From contig JAHEJW010000008.1 of NCBI GenBank assembly GCA_024638655.1, forward strand, positions 19,054 through 83,053: DNA of 64,000 bases, written 5' to 3'. The translations under genes were made by a program, and so were the position numbers. This DNA comes from a bacterium (GTDB taxonomy: Bacteria > Actinomycetota > Acidimicrobiia > Spongiisociales > ZC4RG35). The stretch's first letter is position 1, and each line of letters begins with the position of its first letter. The notes below the pieces were generated by a model. The model saw only the letters and a list, made by a program, of their open reading frames with translations. It was not told the DNA's origin and made no database searches. Shown one piece after another: positions 46,797 through 56,877 of this stretch.

Positions 46797-46857
46797 TCGA
46801 ACCGTGAACCTTCCCTCTCGAACCTACACGGGGCACGGAGGCGGGTGCATCGTGTCC

Positions 46858-47313
46858 TCAAAGACGGTGGCTCAACGCCTCCGTCAGCTCCTCCAGGATC
46901 GAGCCGAGATAGGCCAGGACCATCCGGGAGTGCTCAGGAAGATCGTCGTAGTCCTCCTCCACTTCGACACCCATCCGGGCCCCAAGCGCAAGTCGCGTCT
47001 CATTCAGAACCCTCAGGAGGGCATCGGCCTCGCCGTCTCCCAACCGCACCGGCCCATCGGACTCGATGGTCTTCTGAAACACGAGACGATCGGCCCTGCG
47101 TGCCGCCTCGAGATCGGGCCCCATCAATCGCCACCACTCCTCGTTCGAGTCAGGGTCGTCGAGGTAGACGGGAACACGCAGTCTCTGGGCGGCGGGATCG
47201 TCCTTCGAGTCGCCAACCTCGGCTAGCAGGGGGAGAACGTCTCCTAAGAAGGTGCGAATCTCGGGGCTGAGGTTTACCTCGATCCCGTCCGCTCTGGCCT
47301 GGAATAGCCTCAT
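46858..47313 (-). CDS. DUF2017 protein (the conserved ClpS-neighbour of actinobacteria)
   Basis: Acidic 151-aa protein with an ATGA overlap to the clpS stop. The six-frame ORF N-terminal extension is spurious. Confidence 0.55.
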   Translation of the reverse strand: MRLFQARADGIEVNLSPEIRTFLGDVLPLLAEVGDSKDDPAAQRLRVPVYLDDPDSNEEWWRLMGPDLEAARRADRLVFQKTIESDGPVRLGDGEADALLRVLNETRLALGARMGVEVEEDYDDLPEHSRMVLAYLGSILEELTEALSHRL

Positions 47314-47594
47314 TGCTCGATCGTCGCCCACAAACCATGGTTCTGGAGGCGGAAGCAGTCGATCTCTGCTTTCTCCCGCGGGCCATCGGCCACGGAGGCT
47401 CGACCTTCGTGGTGAACCTGAAGCATCAACTCCGTCGCTTTGGTCTCGTCGAAGCCGAACAGCTTGCGAAAGACATAGACCACGTAGGTCATCGTGTTGA
47501 CCGGGTCGTTCCAGACAACGACTTTCCAGGGCTTGTCGAGATCGATGTCCTCGTCCGTGTCGGGGACGATCACCGGTGTGGGATGGGCGGTCAC
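47310..47594 (-). CDS. clpS: ATP-dependent Clp protease adaptor ClpS
   Basis: [44 protein letters not shown] is the ClpS core. GTG start at 47594. Confidence 0.8.
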   Translation of the reverse strand: MTAHPTPVIVPDTDEDIDLDKPWKVVVWNDPVNTMTYVVYVFRKLFGFDETKATELMLQVHHEGRASVADGPREKAEIDCFRLQNHGLWATIEQ

Positions 47595-47623
47595 TGAAAA
47601 GAGAGTACGCGCGCTCCGGAGAC

Positions 47624-48742
47624 TCAGACGATGGTCGTGGCTCTGGAGCTCTGTATCCCCGTCCACCCGGGGCGCCGGCCAACATGGCCCCTGAAGGCGA
47701 CATCCTTCAAACCGAGCGACGTGAGGTAGAAACCGGCGCAGAACAACGAGATTGCCACCGCCCCGGATATGAGGACACCCCAGGGGAAGACAGGCTGCAG
47801 CGATGAGAAGCCGACGGCCACGAACATCATCGCACCCCAATTGGTCAAGTCGTCGCTGTATGCGAGCCAGGACGCGAATCCGTGCGCTACCACCGCGCCG
47901 ACAACCGAGGTGACCATCGCCACGGCCGCCAGCGGGACGAGGTGGGGCACCAGATGACGCCAAGCGAGATACCAACCGGAGGCTCCCGAGACCCTTGCGG
48001 CATCGATGAAAGGGCGCTCGACAGTGGCCAGAGCGTGTGATCGGAGCACAATGGCCACCGTGCTGCCGCCGGCCAGGATCCCGTAGAAGACCCCGAATCG
48101 AAACGGCGTGAGCAGATCACCCGTGGTCCCTCCAGCGAGAATGACCATGACAAGGGGTGCAGGGAGCAGGAGGAGAACATCTGACAGTCGCGACAAGATG
48201 CGATCGGTCCGACGTCCGAATACGGCCGACCCAACCGCCATCAGGATCCCGACAGCCGCGGAGACCACGGCCGCAGCCGCTCCCACCACGAAGGTCGGCC
48301 ATGCGCCGGCGAGCAGCATCGAGAAGACGTCACGGCCGAAGGTGTCAGTGCCGAGCCAATGAGTGCCGCTGGGTGAGGCGGGCTGTTCCCGGATCTCGAC
48401 GATGTCCCCGACGCTTGTCGTTATGTCCCTCAGGCGAGCTACTGACAACCCGACTTCTGTTTCCGGATCAGTCACATCTACCACGACGGTCTTCTCGATT
48501 ATCGGGGCGTCGTACCCGGTGACCGGGTCGTAGACGCCCTGTTCGCCCTCCCAGAGTGTCGCCATGAGAAGAGGATGAGCGATGACCATGCTTGCAAACA
48601 CCACGAGGATCAGGATGCCAAGCACCGCTAGAGGATTGCGCATGAAGACCCGCAGTGCGCCCGGCCGGGCCTCGAAGCCGGACAAGTGCTCAGCCACCTT
48701 CGCCGTCCACGTCGAATCTGATACGAGGGTCGAAGGCCGCAT
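47624..48742 (-). CDS. ABC peptide/nickel transporter permease (DppC/OppC-like)
   Basis: BPD_transp_1 pattern with an N-terminal extracytoplasmic loop. The start is uncertain: the ATG at 48742 was chosen, and the six-frame ORF extends to 48841. Confidence 0.65.
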   Translation of the reverse strand: MRPSTLVSDSTWTAKVAEHLSGFEARPGALRVFMRNPLAVLGILILVVFASMVIAHPLLMATLWEGEQGVYDPVTGYDAPIIEKTVVVDVTDPETEVGLSVARLRDITTSVGDIVEIREQPASPSGTHWLGTDTFGRDVFSMLLAGAWPTFVVGAAAAVVSAAVGILMAVGSAVFGRRTDRILSRLSDVLLLLPAPLVMVILAGGTTGDLLTPFRFGVFYGILAGGSTVAIVLRSHALATVERPFIDAARVSGASGWYLAWRHLVPHLVPLAAVAMVTSVVGAVVAHGFASWLAYSDDLTNWGAMMFVAVGFSSLQPVFPWGVLISGAVAISLFCAGFYLTSLGLKDVAFRGHVGRRPGWTGIQSSRATTIV

Positions 48743-49895
48743 GGGCAACGTCCAGACCGATTCGAAGGAGGAGTGTGATCGCCCCAACCACCACAAGCGC
48801 GCCGACGATGAGGGGGGTGTCCTGGGTCCGTACAGCATCAAAGATCAGAACACCCATTCCGGGCGGGCCGAAGATCTGGCGGGTGAGGCCCACGAACCCC
48901 GAGCCCGCTCCCACTCCGCCGAACACTGCCTCGAGGATCACGAGGCCTGTGAGGAAGTAGGGAATGGACACCGTGAATCGGCTCAGCACCGGCAAGAGCG
49001 CCGCTCGAGCGGCATGCCGGTCGCGAACCCTGTGCTCCGGAAGCCCTTTGGCGCGAGCGACCATGATGTAGTCCTCAAGCAGCACATCGTCCATGGCGGC
49101 TCGGGTCACCAACAGCACGTCGCCAAATGTGAGGAGGATTACGCCGGCAAGCAGGAGCGACATTGTCGCAGCCAGGTCGTAGATGTGGTCGGCGAGCCCC
49201 ATCCACCTCCACACGACAAGCGGTATCAGCACCATCGCCAGGTAGAACAGCAGGCGTCTTCCCCGACCCCGCCACATCCGCCCCAGAACACGGTCGATCA
49301 TCCAGAGGATCAATAAGGAGACGGCGAGAACGCCGAGCATCCGCCACATCACACCGGCGGGAGTCAGCTCGCCACCAAGCCACAAGTCCTCGTCGATCGA
49401 GCCGAACGCACCCAAATGGAAGAAACCCAAGTCCCGGCGTAGGAGCTCTTCCATCACGAAGGCCAGGGCCGGCGGAAACGCGGTCAGGAACAGCACTGCA
49501 AGAAACGTCAACCCTCCCGAGAGAAGGGACGACTCCTGGTAGCCGCTGAATCTGCCCAGCCATCCCCCCAGGACGAAAGCAACCGACAGACCCACGACCA
49601 GTATGAGGAGTGTGGCCGGCAACGCCGCCCAGATCATCTCCCATACGGGTGCGCCGGTGAGCGAGGTACCCAGATTGAGCGTTGCCAGTGAACGGATCCA
49701 GTCGAGATACTGCACATAGAGGGGTCGGTTCAGACCGAGCTGATCGCGAATGGCTTCTGCCTGCTCGGCGGTGAGGATGAACTGCGACACGTAGTCGCCG
49801 GGAACGACGATGTTGATGAGGAAGAAGAGAAGGGTCAGGAAAAGAAGAAGGGTCACGACCCCCGAGCCCAGACGGCTCAGCACATAGCGGGTCAT
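48690..49895 (-). CDS. ABC peptide/nickel transporter permease (DppB/OppB-like)
   Basis: MTRYVLSRLG...LINIVVPGD N-terminus and a BPD_transp_1 core. Confidence 0.75.
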   Translation of the reverse strand: MTRYVLSRLGSGVVTLLLFLTLLFFLINIVVPGDYVSQFILTAEQAEAIRDQLGLNRPLYVQYLDWIRSLATLNLGTSLTGAPVWEMIWAALPATLLILVVGLSVAFVLGGWLGRFSGYQESSLLSGGLTFLAVLFLTAFPPALAFVMEELLRRDLGFFHLGAFGSIDEDLWLGGELTPAGVMWRMLGVLAVSLLILWMIDRVLGRMWRGRGRRLLFYLAMVLIPLVVWRWMGLADHIYDLAATMSLLLAGVILLTFGDVLLVTRAAMDDVLLEDYIMVARAKGLPEHRVRDRHAARAALLPVLSRFTVSIPYFLTGLVILEAVFGGVGAGSGFVGLTRQIFGPPGMGVLIFDAVRTQDTPLIVGALVVVGAITLLLRIGLDVAHAAFDPRIRFDVDGEGG

Positions 49896-50444
49896 CTAAC
49901 CCCCCTCGGCCACCCGAGTGCTGCAAATCGCCACGGCGGCTTCGAGATCTATGTCGTCGAAAGGGATCTCATCGAGCGGGTAAGGGCCGCCCACCCCAAC
50001 GAAGGGATTCACCGGGTCGGGGAATGTCAGAACGCCGTGTGACCTGACACAGTCGCTGAACGACTCCAGCCTGAGCTGGACCTGCTCCTGGAGCTGTGGC
50101 CAAATCGAGAGATCGAGAGCGCCACCGGTGAGCAAGTCAGAGCAATCGGTCAGGCTCTGGACCGCTGCGGCATCTGCGAAATCGACTTCGGTGAAGGCCA
50201 GTTCCAGGCGAGGCCTCCCCCGAGAATCGAACGGGATCTCACCAAGGGTGACTCCACGTTCGGTGAGACAGGAGCGGAATGCCGTCGTGGCTTCCTCGAC
50301 CGATAGTGTCGTCGTGGTCGTAGCCGGGATGGTCGTGGTCGCCTCCGGGATCGCTTCGGTCTGGGAGGGAGTCCTGGGCTCCGTGGTGCAGGCGGAAACC
50401 GTCAGAGTCAGAAGGCCGGCGACGATCAAACGGTGTGCGGTCAA
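49896..50444 (-). CDS. hypothetical lipoprotein
   Basis: Lipobox LTVSAC, Thr-rich linker, and four Cys in the mature domain. Confidence 0.45.
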   Translation of the reverse strand: MTAHRLIVAGLLTLTVSACTTEPRTPSQTEAIPEATTTIPATTTTTLSVEEATTAFRSCLTERGVTLGEIPFDSRGRPRLELAFTEVDFADAAAVQSLTDCSDLLTGGALDLSIWPQLQEQVQLRLESFSDCVRSHGVLTFPDPVNPFVGVGGPYPLDEIPFDDIDLEAAVAICSTRVAEGG

Positions 50445-52627
50445 TCCTCTTCAGCGGCTTCGTCGAGACTTTCGGCGAGGATCATGGCGATGTCTCTCAC
50501 CGGCACGTCGTCGCGCCCCAACTCCTTGACGCCATCGTCGAGCATGACGAAACAGAAGGGACAGGCAATGGCGATCTCGTCGGCCTCGGTCGCCAACGCC
50601 TCCTCGGCCCTCTCTATGTTGACCTTCTTCCCGGTCTGCTCCTCCATCCAGAAACGAGCACCACCGGCCCCACAGCACAGGGACCTGGTTCCGTGTCGGG
50701 GCATCTCCACCACCTCATGCCCGGCACCAACGACCTGGCGTGGAGCGAGGTACACGTCGTTGTGTCGACCTAGGTAGCAGGCGTCATGGTACGCGATCTT
50801 CTTGACCGCTCCGTTGTGCTTCCTTGGCTGGTCGAGCCTCCCCTGATTGAGCAGCTCGGCGAGTAGTTGGCTGTGGTGCACCACCTCGTAATCCCCCCCG
50901 AACTGGGGATACTCGTTCCCGATCGTGTTGAAGCAATGGGCGCACTGGGTGATGACCTTCCTAACGCCGATCTCCTCGAACGTCTCGATGTTCTGCAGGG
51001 CGAGCTGCTGGAACACGAACTCGTTCCCGGATCGCCGTGCAGGATCGCCGTTGCACAGCTCCCTGGTTCCGAGGATGGCGAAATCGATCCCCGCCTTGCG
51101 GAGCAGCCTGGCCAACGCCACCGATGTCGCGGTGGCGCGATCGTCGAATGAGCCGGCACAGCCGACGAACCACAAGTAGTCGGCCGTCGTCTTCCCGTTT
51201 TCGCCGAAGACAGGGATCTCGAAGTCGAGTTCCCTGGTCCAATCGGCGCGCGCCTGCTGGCTGAGTCCCCACGGATTGGACTGGTTCTCCATGGCGACGA
51301 AAGCCTTTCCCAGCTCGGATGGGAACTCGGATTCCATCAGGGTGAGGTAACGCCGCATGTCGAGGATCCGGTCGAGTATCTCAATGTCCACGGGGCAAAT
51401 CTCATCGCACGCCTTGCAGCTCGTGCAGGCAAAGACCTCGTCGGGATGAATCCGATCGAACAGCGTGCCCACAGCTTCTAGCACTGCCGTTGTCGAGACG
51501 GGTGGGGCGACACCGGCAGTCGCCGCGGCTACTTCGCCCGATTTCAAGACCATCTCCCTCGGGTCGAGGGGTTTTCCGGTGATGTTCGCCGGGCACACAG
51601 AGGTGCAACGACCGCAAATGGTGCATGCGTCCGTGTCGAAGATCTGCTTCCAGGTGAGGTCGGCGGCGACGCTGGCGCCGATGGTGTCTATGTCGTCGAC
51701 CTCGAGCAGGTTGGGCATCTCCCTCATCGCCCCTTTTGGCCGCTCTCTGGCCGACAGGAAGAGGTTGGCCGGAGACGTGATCATGTGTCGGAGCTTGGTC
51801 ACAGGGAGAATCACCAGAAATGCGATGAATGCCACCGAATGGGTCACCCAGAAGAACCGATGCCAGCCCGATGCGGAAGACTGCTCGAAGAGCATGGACA
51901 GCGGATAGCCCACAAACGACCAGACCTCGTGCTCGGGAGTGCCGGCGAGGGAGATGCGAGCAGCCTCAGTGAGCAGACCTGTGACGCCGATCAATGCGAG
52001 GGTTCCGAGGATTAGGGCGTCCTCCGGCTTGGTCTTCGAGCGAATCCTCCACGACGGGATCACATAGCGACCAACGAAAGCCCAGGCGAGACCGCCCAGG
52101 AAGACGAGTGCTGCCAGATCGAGGATCGCCGAGTAGCCGAGATACACGCTGCCCTGAAGGAATTTGAGATTCGATGGGAGCAGGTGGTCGATCTCGAGGG
52201 TGACCGTTCCCAGGAACAAGACGATGAAGCCGTAGTAGATCATCGAGTGCATGAGCCCGGCCCGTGGATCGCGCATCAGGGTCTTCATCCGGAGGCCCTC
52301 GCTGAGACGCTCGAGACGACGACGCCACATGCCGAGTCGCTTCTCCGGTCTGCCCTGGAGCCAGCTGCCGGCCCTCTGAGCAAAGAGGTGGAACGTCAGC
52401 CAGAGAAACCCGGCCAGACCCACGTAGAAGAGCAGTTGCAGAGAGGCGGGGATGTTGCCGAAGACCTCACGACCTATCTCGAAATGAGGGTGGTCGGGAA
52501 TCGTCCCCAAGTAGCCCAAGGCCAGCGTTCCTGCCGCCGAAAGGACCCCAACGGCTTCGAGGATCTGCGGAACATCGGGTCGGCGGCGAGTGCTCTCCCC
52601 CTCCTTGGACTCAACCGTCACGGCCAT
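50441..52627 (-). CDS. membrane-anchored iron-sulfur oxidoreductase (Rv0338c / HdrD-GlpC-like: N-terminal heme-b-type membrane domain, two 4Fe-4S motifs, two CCG domains)
   Basis: CTICGRCTSVCP and CTSCKACDEICP ferredoxin motifs. Cys-rich CCG-type regions (CAHCFNTIG, LCCGAGG). N-terminal TM helices. Start chosen at the ATG 52627. Confidence 0.7.
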   Translation of the reverse strand: MAVTVESKEGESTRRRPDVPQILEAVGVLSAAGTLALGYLGTIPDHPHFEIGREVFGNIPASLQLLFYVGLAGFLWLTFHLFAQRAGSWLQGRPEKRLGMWRRRLERLSEGLRMKTLMRDPRAGLMHSMIYYGFIVLFLGTVTLEIDHLLPSNLKFLQGSVYLGYSAILDLAALVFLGGLAWAFVGRYVIPSWRIRSKTKPEDALILGTLALIGVTGLLTEAARISLAGTPEHEVWSFVGYPLSMLFEQSSASGWHRFFWVTHSVAFIAFLVILPVTKLRHMITSPANLFLSARERPKGAMREMPNLLEVDDIDTIGASVAADLTWKQIFDTDACTICGRCTSVCPANITGKPLDPREMVLKSGEVAAATAGVAPPVSTTAVLEAVGTLFDRIHPDEVFACTSCKACDEICPVDIEILDRILDMRRYLTLMESEFPSELGKAFVAMENQSNPWGLSQQARADWTRELDFEIPVFGENGKTTADYLWFVGCAGSFDDRATATSVALARLLRKAGIDFAILGTRELCNGDPARRSGNEFVFQQLALQNIETFEEIGVRKVITQCAHCFNTIGNEYPQFGGDYEVVHHSQLLAELLNQGRLDQPRKHNGAVKKIAYHDACYLGRHNDVYLAPRQVVGAGHEVVEMPRHGTRSLCCGAGGARFWMEEQTGKKVNIERAEEALATEADEIAIACPFCFVMLDDGVKELGRDDVPVRDIAMILAESLDEAAEED

Positions 52628-52699
52628 GGGCGGCGAGTGTAGGCACGGTGGCAGACGCCGGCGCACCAAGGAGACGTGTCCCTCCAGTTCGACCATCTT

Positions 52700-52806
52700 C
52701 GCAACGCGACAAGGATTCGAAACAACTCGAAGAACCTGTTGACAGACAGGATTCGAACTGGGATACTTCTATTCGACGATCTTCGAATCAGCCCAGGCAT
52801 ACAAAA
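52700..52806. promoter_or_regulatory. divergent promoter region with about 4 copies of a (G)ATTCGAA / TTCGAA palindromic motif
   Basis: Direct reading: GGATTCGAAACAACTCGAAGAA...GGATTCGAACTGG...TATTCGACGATCTTCGAATCAG. Confidence 0.35.
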
Positions 52807-53931
52807 ATGACCGAACAAAGAGTGCGAGATCTGACCAGTGTCCCTCGACGCCTCCCGATCGAGATCGAGGGAAACGTGACGCACGAGATCATCCTGACTA
52901 TGTGGAGCGTGTTCAGCTCCAAGGACACGAACGCCGCTCAAGACCTCGGTCAGGTTTGGATCGACAAGGTCAAGGAACTGACCGCCGAGGATCTCCAGGG
53001 AGAGATCGTCCGGTTGGGTGGCCCCTACTTCTATATGTGGTTGGTCCTGGGCAGCTTCCTCCTGTCCGCACCGCATCCCCATGACCCAGAGCATGTTGTC
53101 GACTGGCTGTCCTCAGTCGACGATCTGCGCCTGCGTCGCTGGCTCCTCGGGGAGAGCAGCCACAGCGACAACCAGGCGCTCATCGAACAGGCGGCGGGCG
53201 GTGACATGGAGGCCGTGCGTGAGCTCGTGACAGCGGGGGATGACAGTCACAAGAAAGCGGCCGGCGAGATGCTCGAATACGTGGAATGGATGTTCTCGGT
53301 CGAGGGCCTCGCCCAACGCTATGCATATGTGCTCTCTAGGTTTCGCAGCGAGGTCTTCGTCGAGTTCGAAGATGAGTTTGCCGGAGCCATAGCCCGGGCT
53401 GCTGCGGCCCGCAGGGCATCGGGGGCGCAAGGCGACGCCAAGACGGTCATCGAGGAGGTCACCGCCGGCATCGAGTTCGACATCCCCCTCGGTGTGCGCA
53501 GAGTCGTGCTCATTCCCTCCGTGGTGACCAGGCCGCTGTCGCTCATCGACGAGTACAGGGGCACGCTCCTCGTCTACTACGCGGTCGCCGACGAGTTCAT
53601 CGACTCCGATCCGGAGGCTCCGCCCTCTTGGCTGGTGCGCACCTACAAAGCGCTGAGCGACGAGCGGCGTTTGAGAATCCTCCGTCGCCTGAGTGAGGGG
53701 GAGACGAACCTCGATGAGCTCACCGACATGCTCGGCCTTTCCAAATCAACAGTCCATCACCACATCAGCATCCTGAGAGGAGCCGGGTTGATCCGGGTCC
53801 GAATGGCCACGGAGGTCGACAGCGGAGCCAAGGGTAAGTGCTACGCACTGCGAGACCGTCCCTTGAACGACGCCATGGGCTTTCTGGACTCATATCTCAG
53901 GATCGAAGAAGCAGGAGAGATGCATGCTTAA
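52807..53931 (+). CDS. ArsR-family transcriptional regulator with a large N-terminal domain
   Basis: C-terminal HTH LSDERRLRILRRLSEGETNLDELTDMLGLSKSTVHHHISILRGAGLI. It is divergent from the Fe-S oxidoreductase gene. Confidence 0.6.
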   Translation: MTEQRVRDLTSVPRRLPIEIEGNVTHEIILTMWSVFSSKDTNAAQDLGQVWIDKVKELTAEDLQGEIVRLGGPYFYMWLVLGSFLLSAPHPHDPEHVVDWLSSVDDLRLRRWLLGESSHSDNQALIEQAAGGDMEAVRELVTAGDDSHKKAAGEMLEYVEWMFSVEGLAQRYAYVLSRFRSEVFVEFEDEFAGAIARAAAARRASGAQGDAKTVIEEVTAGIEFDIPLGVRRVVLIPSVVTRPLSLIDEYRGTLLVYYAVADEFIDSDPEAPPSWLVRTYKALSDERRLRILRRLSEGETNLDELTDMLGLSKSTVHHHISILRGAGLIRVRMATEVDSGAKGKCYALRDRPLNDAMGFLDSYLRIEEAGEMHA

Positions 53932-54232
53932 GGACTTCACCAGCCAGGCCGGTCGTCTACAGCAGGCCCGGCTACACGACTGGCAGGAAGATGCACGGAG
54001 AGATGCTCTGCTCAGAGAAGCGCGCGCGATCAGACGGATTCGAACCGCAATCGGCTTCGGCCTCATCGCTCTCGGCGAGCGGATCGCCGACCCGCCGGCC
54101 CGACATCGACAAACGATGGAAAGGGCGGCGTGATCCGAGCCCTCCGAACTGCGGGCAGAAGAGGCTCGCAGATCGAGCCGTCGGCCCCGGGTCTCTGACA
54201 CTCCTAGGAGAGGCCCGGGCCCGACGAAAGGC

Positions 54233-55411
54233 TCATCGTCTCGATGTCTCCGAGCTGCTCACGACCTTCGAGCTCAACCAGGTGGTGAATGGAACCGCCG
54301 ACACCAGACCGATGGAACCGACCAGGGTTCGTGCGATTTCCAAGGCCACCACCTCAGAGCTCGCGACGACTCCCAGCGGTTGTTCGGAAAGGGTGAAGAG
54401 TATGAGGAGCGGCAATGACGCCCCGGCGTAGGCCAGCAATAGCGTGTTGACCGTAGAGACGATGTGATCCCGGCCGACACGCAGCCCGGCGGCATAGAGC
54501 TCCGAGAAACCCAGCGAGGGATTGGCCCCATGGACCTCCCAGACCGCGGAGGCCTGGGTGACGGTCACGTCATCAAGGGCCCCTAGCGCCCCGAGCACGA
54601 TCCCCGCCAATAGAATCCCGTTCAGATCGAGCCCTGGCAGCGCCAGCAGGAAGAACGACTCTTCGGTGACGAGCCCGGTGAACCGACCGAGAGTCACGAC
54701 GAGCCACGACAACCCTGCAGTCAGGGCCAGAGCCCCAAACGCCCCGAGGGCAGCCGAATGCGTCAGGGGGTTGTACCCATGGGCGAGGTACAGAGATATC
54801 AGCATGATCGCCCCTCCCCCGACCAGGGCAACCAGCACGGCATCCCGCCCCGCGATGATTGCCGGGAGGATGAAGAAGACGAGCACGGCCACACTCATCG
54901 CCAGGGCCAGGAGAGCAGCCACACCGCGAAAGCGCCCCAGACCCACCACCGCCGCGCCGAAAGCCAGCGCCAGGACCCCCAGCAGGACATCCCTGTTCCT
55001 GTCCGCGTATTGGATGCCGATCGACCCGTCTTCGAACGGAGTCAGCGATAACAGAACGGCTTCACCCACTTCGAAACCGGGCTGGCCCGGCTCATCAGGG
55101 AACTCCTGGATGAAGGTCTCGCCGGTGGATTCTCCTTCGAGAATGACGAATGACACCAGTATGCAGTCCAAATCGAGCGCATAGCTGCACGCGCCCTCTT
55201 CCGCCGAAAGCACCTCGGCATCCACTACGTCCCCAACGAACCCAAAGGCGCCCAGATCGAGCTCCGGGCGGTTGTAGGGCCATAGGATGGCCAGAGCTGC
55301 GGTGACCAATGCGGCGAGGACCAGCATCAGTGCCCCCAGCCCCCGTGGTCGTGGAATTGCTCGGCGGTCCGGGCCGACAAACTTCTCGAAGTCCGAACGC
55401 CGATCGGTCAC
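54233..55411 (-). CDS. YibE/F-family membrane protein
   Basis: N-terminal TM helix, an extracytoplasmic domain, then a polytopic YibE/F-like core. Confidence 0.65.
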   Translation of the reverse strand: MTDRRSDFEKFVGPDRRAIPRPRGLGALMLVLAALVTAALAILWPYNRPELDLGAFGFVGDVVDAEVLSAEEGACSYALDLDCILVSFVILEGESTGETFIQEFPDEPGQPGFEVGEAVLLSLTPFEDGSIGIQYADRNRDVLLGVLALAFGAAVVGLGRFRGVAALLALAMSVAVLVFFILPAIIAGRDAVLVALVGGGAIMLISLYLAHGYNPLTHSAALGAFGALALTAGLSWLVVTLGRFTGLVTEESFFLLALPGLDLNGILLAGIVLGALGALDDVTVTQASAVWEVHGANPSLGFSELYAAGLRVGRDHIVSTVNTLLLAYAGASLPLLILFTLSEQPLGVVASSEVVALEIARTLVGSIGLVSAVPFTTWLSSKVVSSSETSRR

Positions 55412-55524
55412 CGGAGGAGATGGTAGGTGGGGAATCCCCCGCGCCCGGTCTATCTCCTCCTATGACCGGCCGTTGGAGATGGGTGCCGTCCGCCGATCGC
55501 ACCAAGGCAGTTCGTCAGGAGGCT

Positions 55525-55980
55525 TCAGATCAATTCCGCTCGCCTTCGAACATCGAAGCCCGCGGGTCGAGTCGTGTCGTTCAGAATGATCTCGATCATC
55601 GGCGCTTCCTCTACGAGCTGCCGGAACTCCGACTGAGTCGCGTACCAGCGCGTCTCACGCTGACTGAACACGAGCTTGCGAAGCTCCCGATCCACCACTT
55701 CATGTGCGGTGGCTTCGATCCTTGTGCCCTGAACACCGATCAAGACCCGGGGGTCGGCTCGGACATTGGCCAGCCAGTCTCTTGGCCCTGGCGTCCCGGT
55801 GATGATGAACCGCGAGTCAACATGGAACCACCAGATCTCGACGGAGCGGGCAAACCCGGTCTTACGACCAAAGGTGGTCAAATCGACCGTCCTCACCGAG
55901 GCGAGGTCCTCGTGCGTCATCATTCGAGTCAACCCTAGAACTTCAAGCTTGGTTGAAGTCAACCCCAATTCAGCGGCCAA
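55525..55980 (-). CDS. deazaflavin (F420H2)-dependent nitroreductase family protein (Ddn-like, PF04075)
   Basis: Pattern TTFGRKTG...EIWW...TGTPG...WLANVRADPRV is typical of the Ddn/F420H2-dependent reductase split-barrel fold. The start may be the ATG at 55923 (MMTHEDL). Confidence 0.6.
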   Translation of the reverse strand: MAAELGLTSTKLEVLGLTRMMTHEDLASVRTVDLTTFGRKTGFARSVEIWWFHVDSRFIITGTPGPRDWLANVRADPRVLIGVQGTRIEATAHEVVDRELRKLVFSQRETRWYATQSEFRQLVEEAPMIEIILNDTTRPAGFDVRRRAELI

Positions 55981-56863
55981 ACGCCGCTCGCACGAAGAAC
56001 CAAGCGTTGGCCGGTCTCTCTGCGAGCCGCCGGGTCAAGTAGGGATACCACTGAGAACCGAAGGGGAGATAGATCCTCAACGGATAACCCTCCGCTACGA
56101 GTCTGTTCTGCAGCTCACGACGGACGCCGTAGAGCATCTGAAACTCGAAGGGCGCTGCACGCCTTGCCGCCAGAGATTCCGTCTGATGCACAAGCTTCAG
56201 ATCGTGTGTGGCAATGGCCGGCTTGGTCTGCTCCGCCGCCATCAATGTGTGCAATTGGCTGGCGAAGGCTGCGTCGACCTCCTCCTTGTCGACCAGTGCA
56301 ACCTCCTCGGGCTCTACATAGGCGCCTTTGCACAGACGGATGTGACCTCCGAGCGGGAGAATCCTCTCGAGATCATCTGGCGTGCGTCTCAGGTATGTCT
56401 GCAAGGCGATCCCCAGGTTTCCATGCTCACTCTGAGCCTTTTCGTACAGACGGACCGTCGAGTCGGTGTAGCGGGAGTCTTCCATGTCGATAGTGATCGT
56501 CATCCCGAGCTCTAACGCTCGGGATGCCAGACGGTCGATGGCCTGAATTGCGTGAGCCTCGTCGATGGCAAGCCCGAGTTGAGTGGGCTTGACCGAGATG
56601 TTGGCGTCGAGCCGCTCCTCGTGAATGCGATCGAGGCTCTCTATGTATTCATCGGTGGCCGCCCAGACAGAAGCCTCGTCGTGGACCTCTTCACCGAGGA
56701 AATCGAGAGAGACCGACATTCCCCCGGCGTTGATGGTGCGTGCAACCTCGACTGCGTCATCGAGCGTGTCGCCCGCAACGAAACGCCTCGCAAGGGCTCG
56801 GCCGGGACGGGTGCTCGTGATCATCTTCTCCACGGGTGCCGCACCGGCCACCGCAAAGGTCAT
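55970..56863 (-). CDS. proline dehydrogenase
   Basis: Monofunctional PutA-like PRODH TIM-barrel pattern (VSLDFLGEEV, IDMEDS, LQTYLRRT). Confidence 0.8.
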   Translation of the reverse strand: MTFAVAGAAPVEKMITSTRPGRALARRFVAGDTLDDAVEVARTINAGGMSVSLDFLGEEVHDEASVWAATDEYIESLDRIHEERLDANISVKPTQLGLAIDEAHAIQAIDRLASRALELGMTITIDMEDSRYTDSTVRLYEKAQSEHGNLGIALQTYLRRTPDDLERILPLGGHIRLCKGAYVEPEEVALVDKEEVDAAFASQLHTLMAAEQTKPAIATHDLKLVHQTESLAARRAAPFEFQMLYGVRRELQNRLVAEGYPLRIYLPFGSQWYPYLTRRLAERPANAWFFVRAAFGR

Positions 56864-56877
56864 TCTCGAGAAAATGC

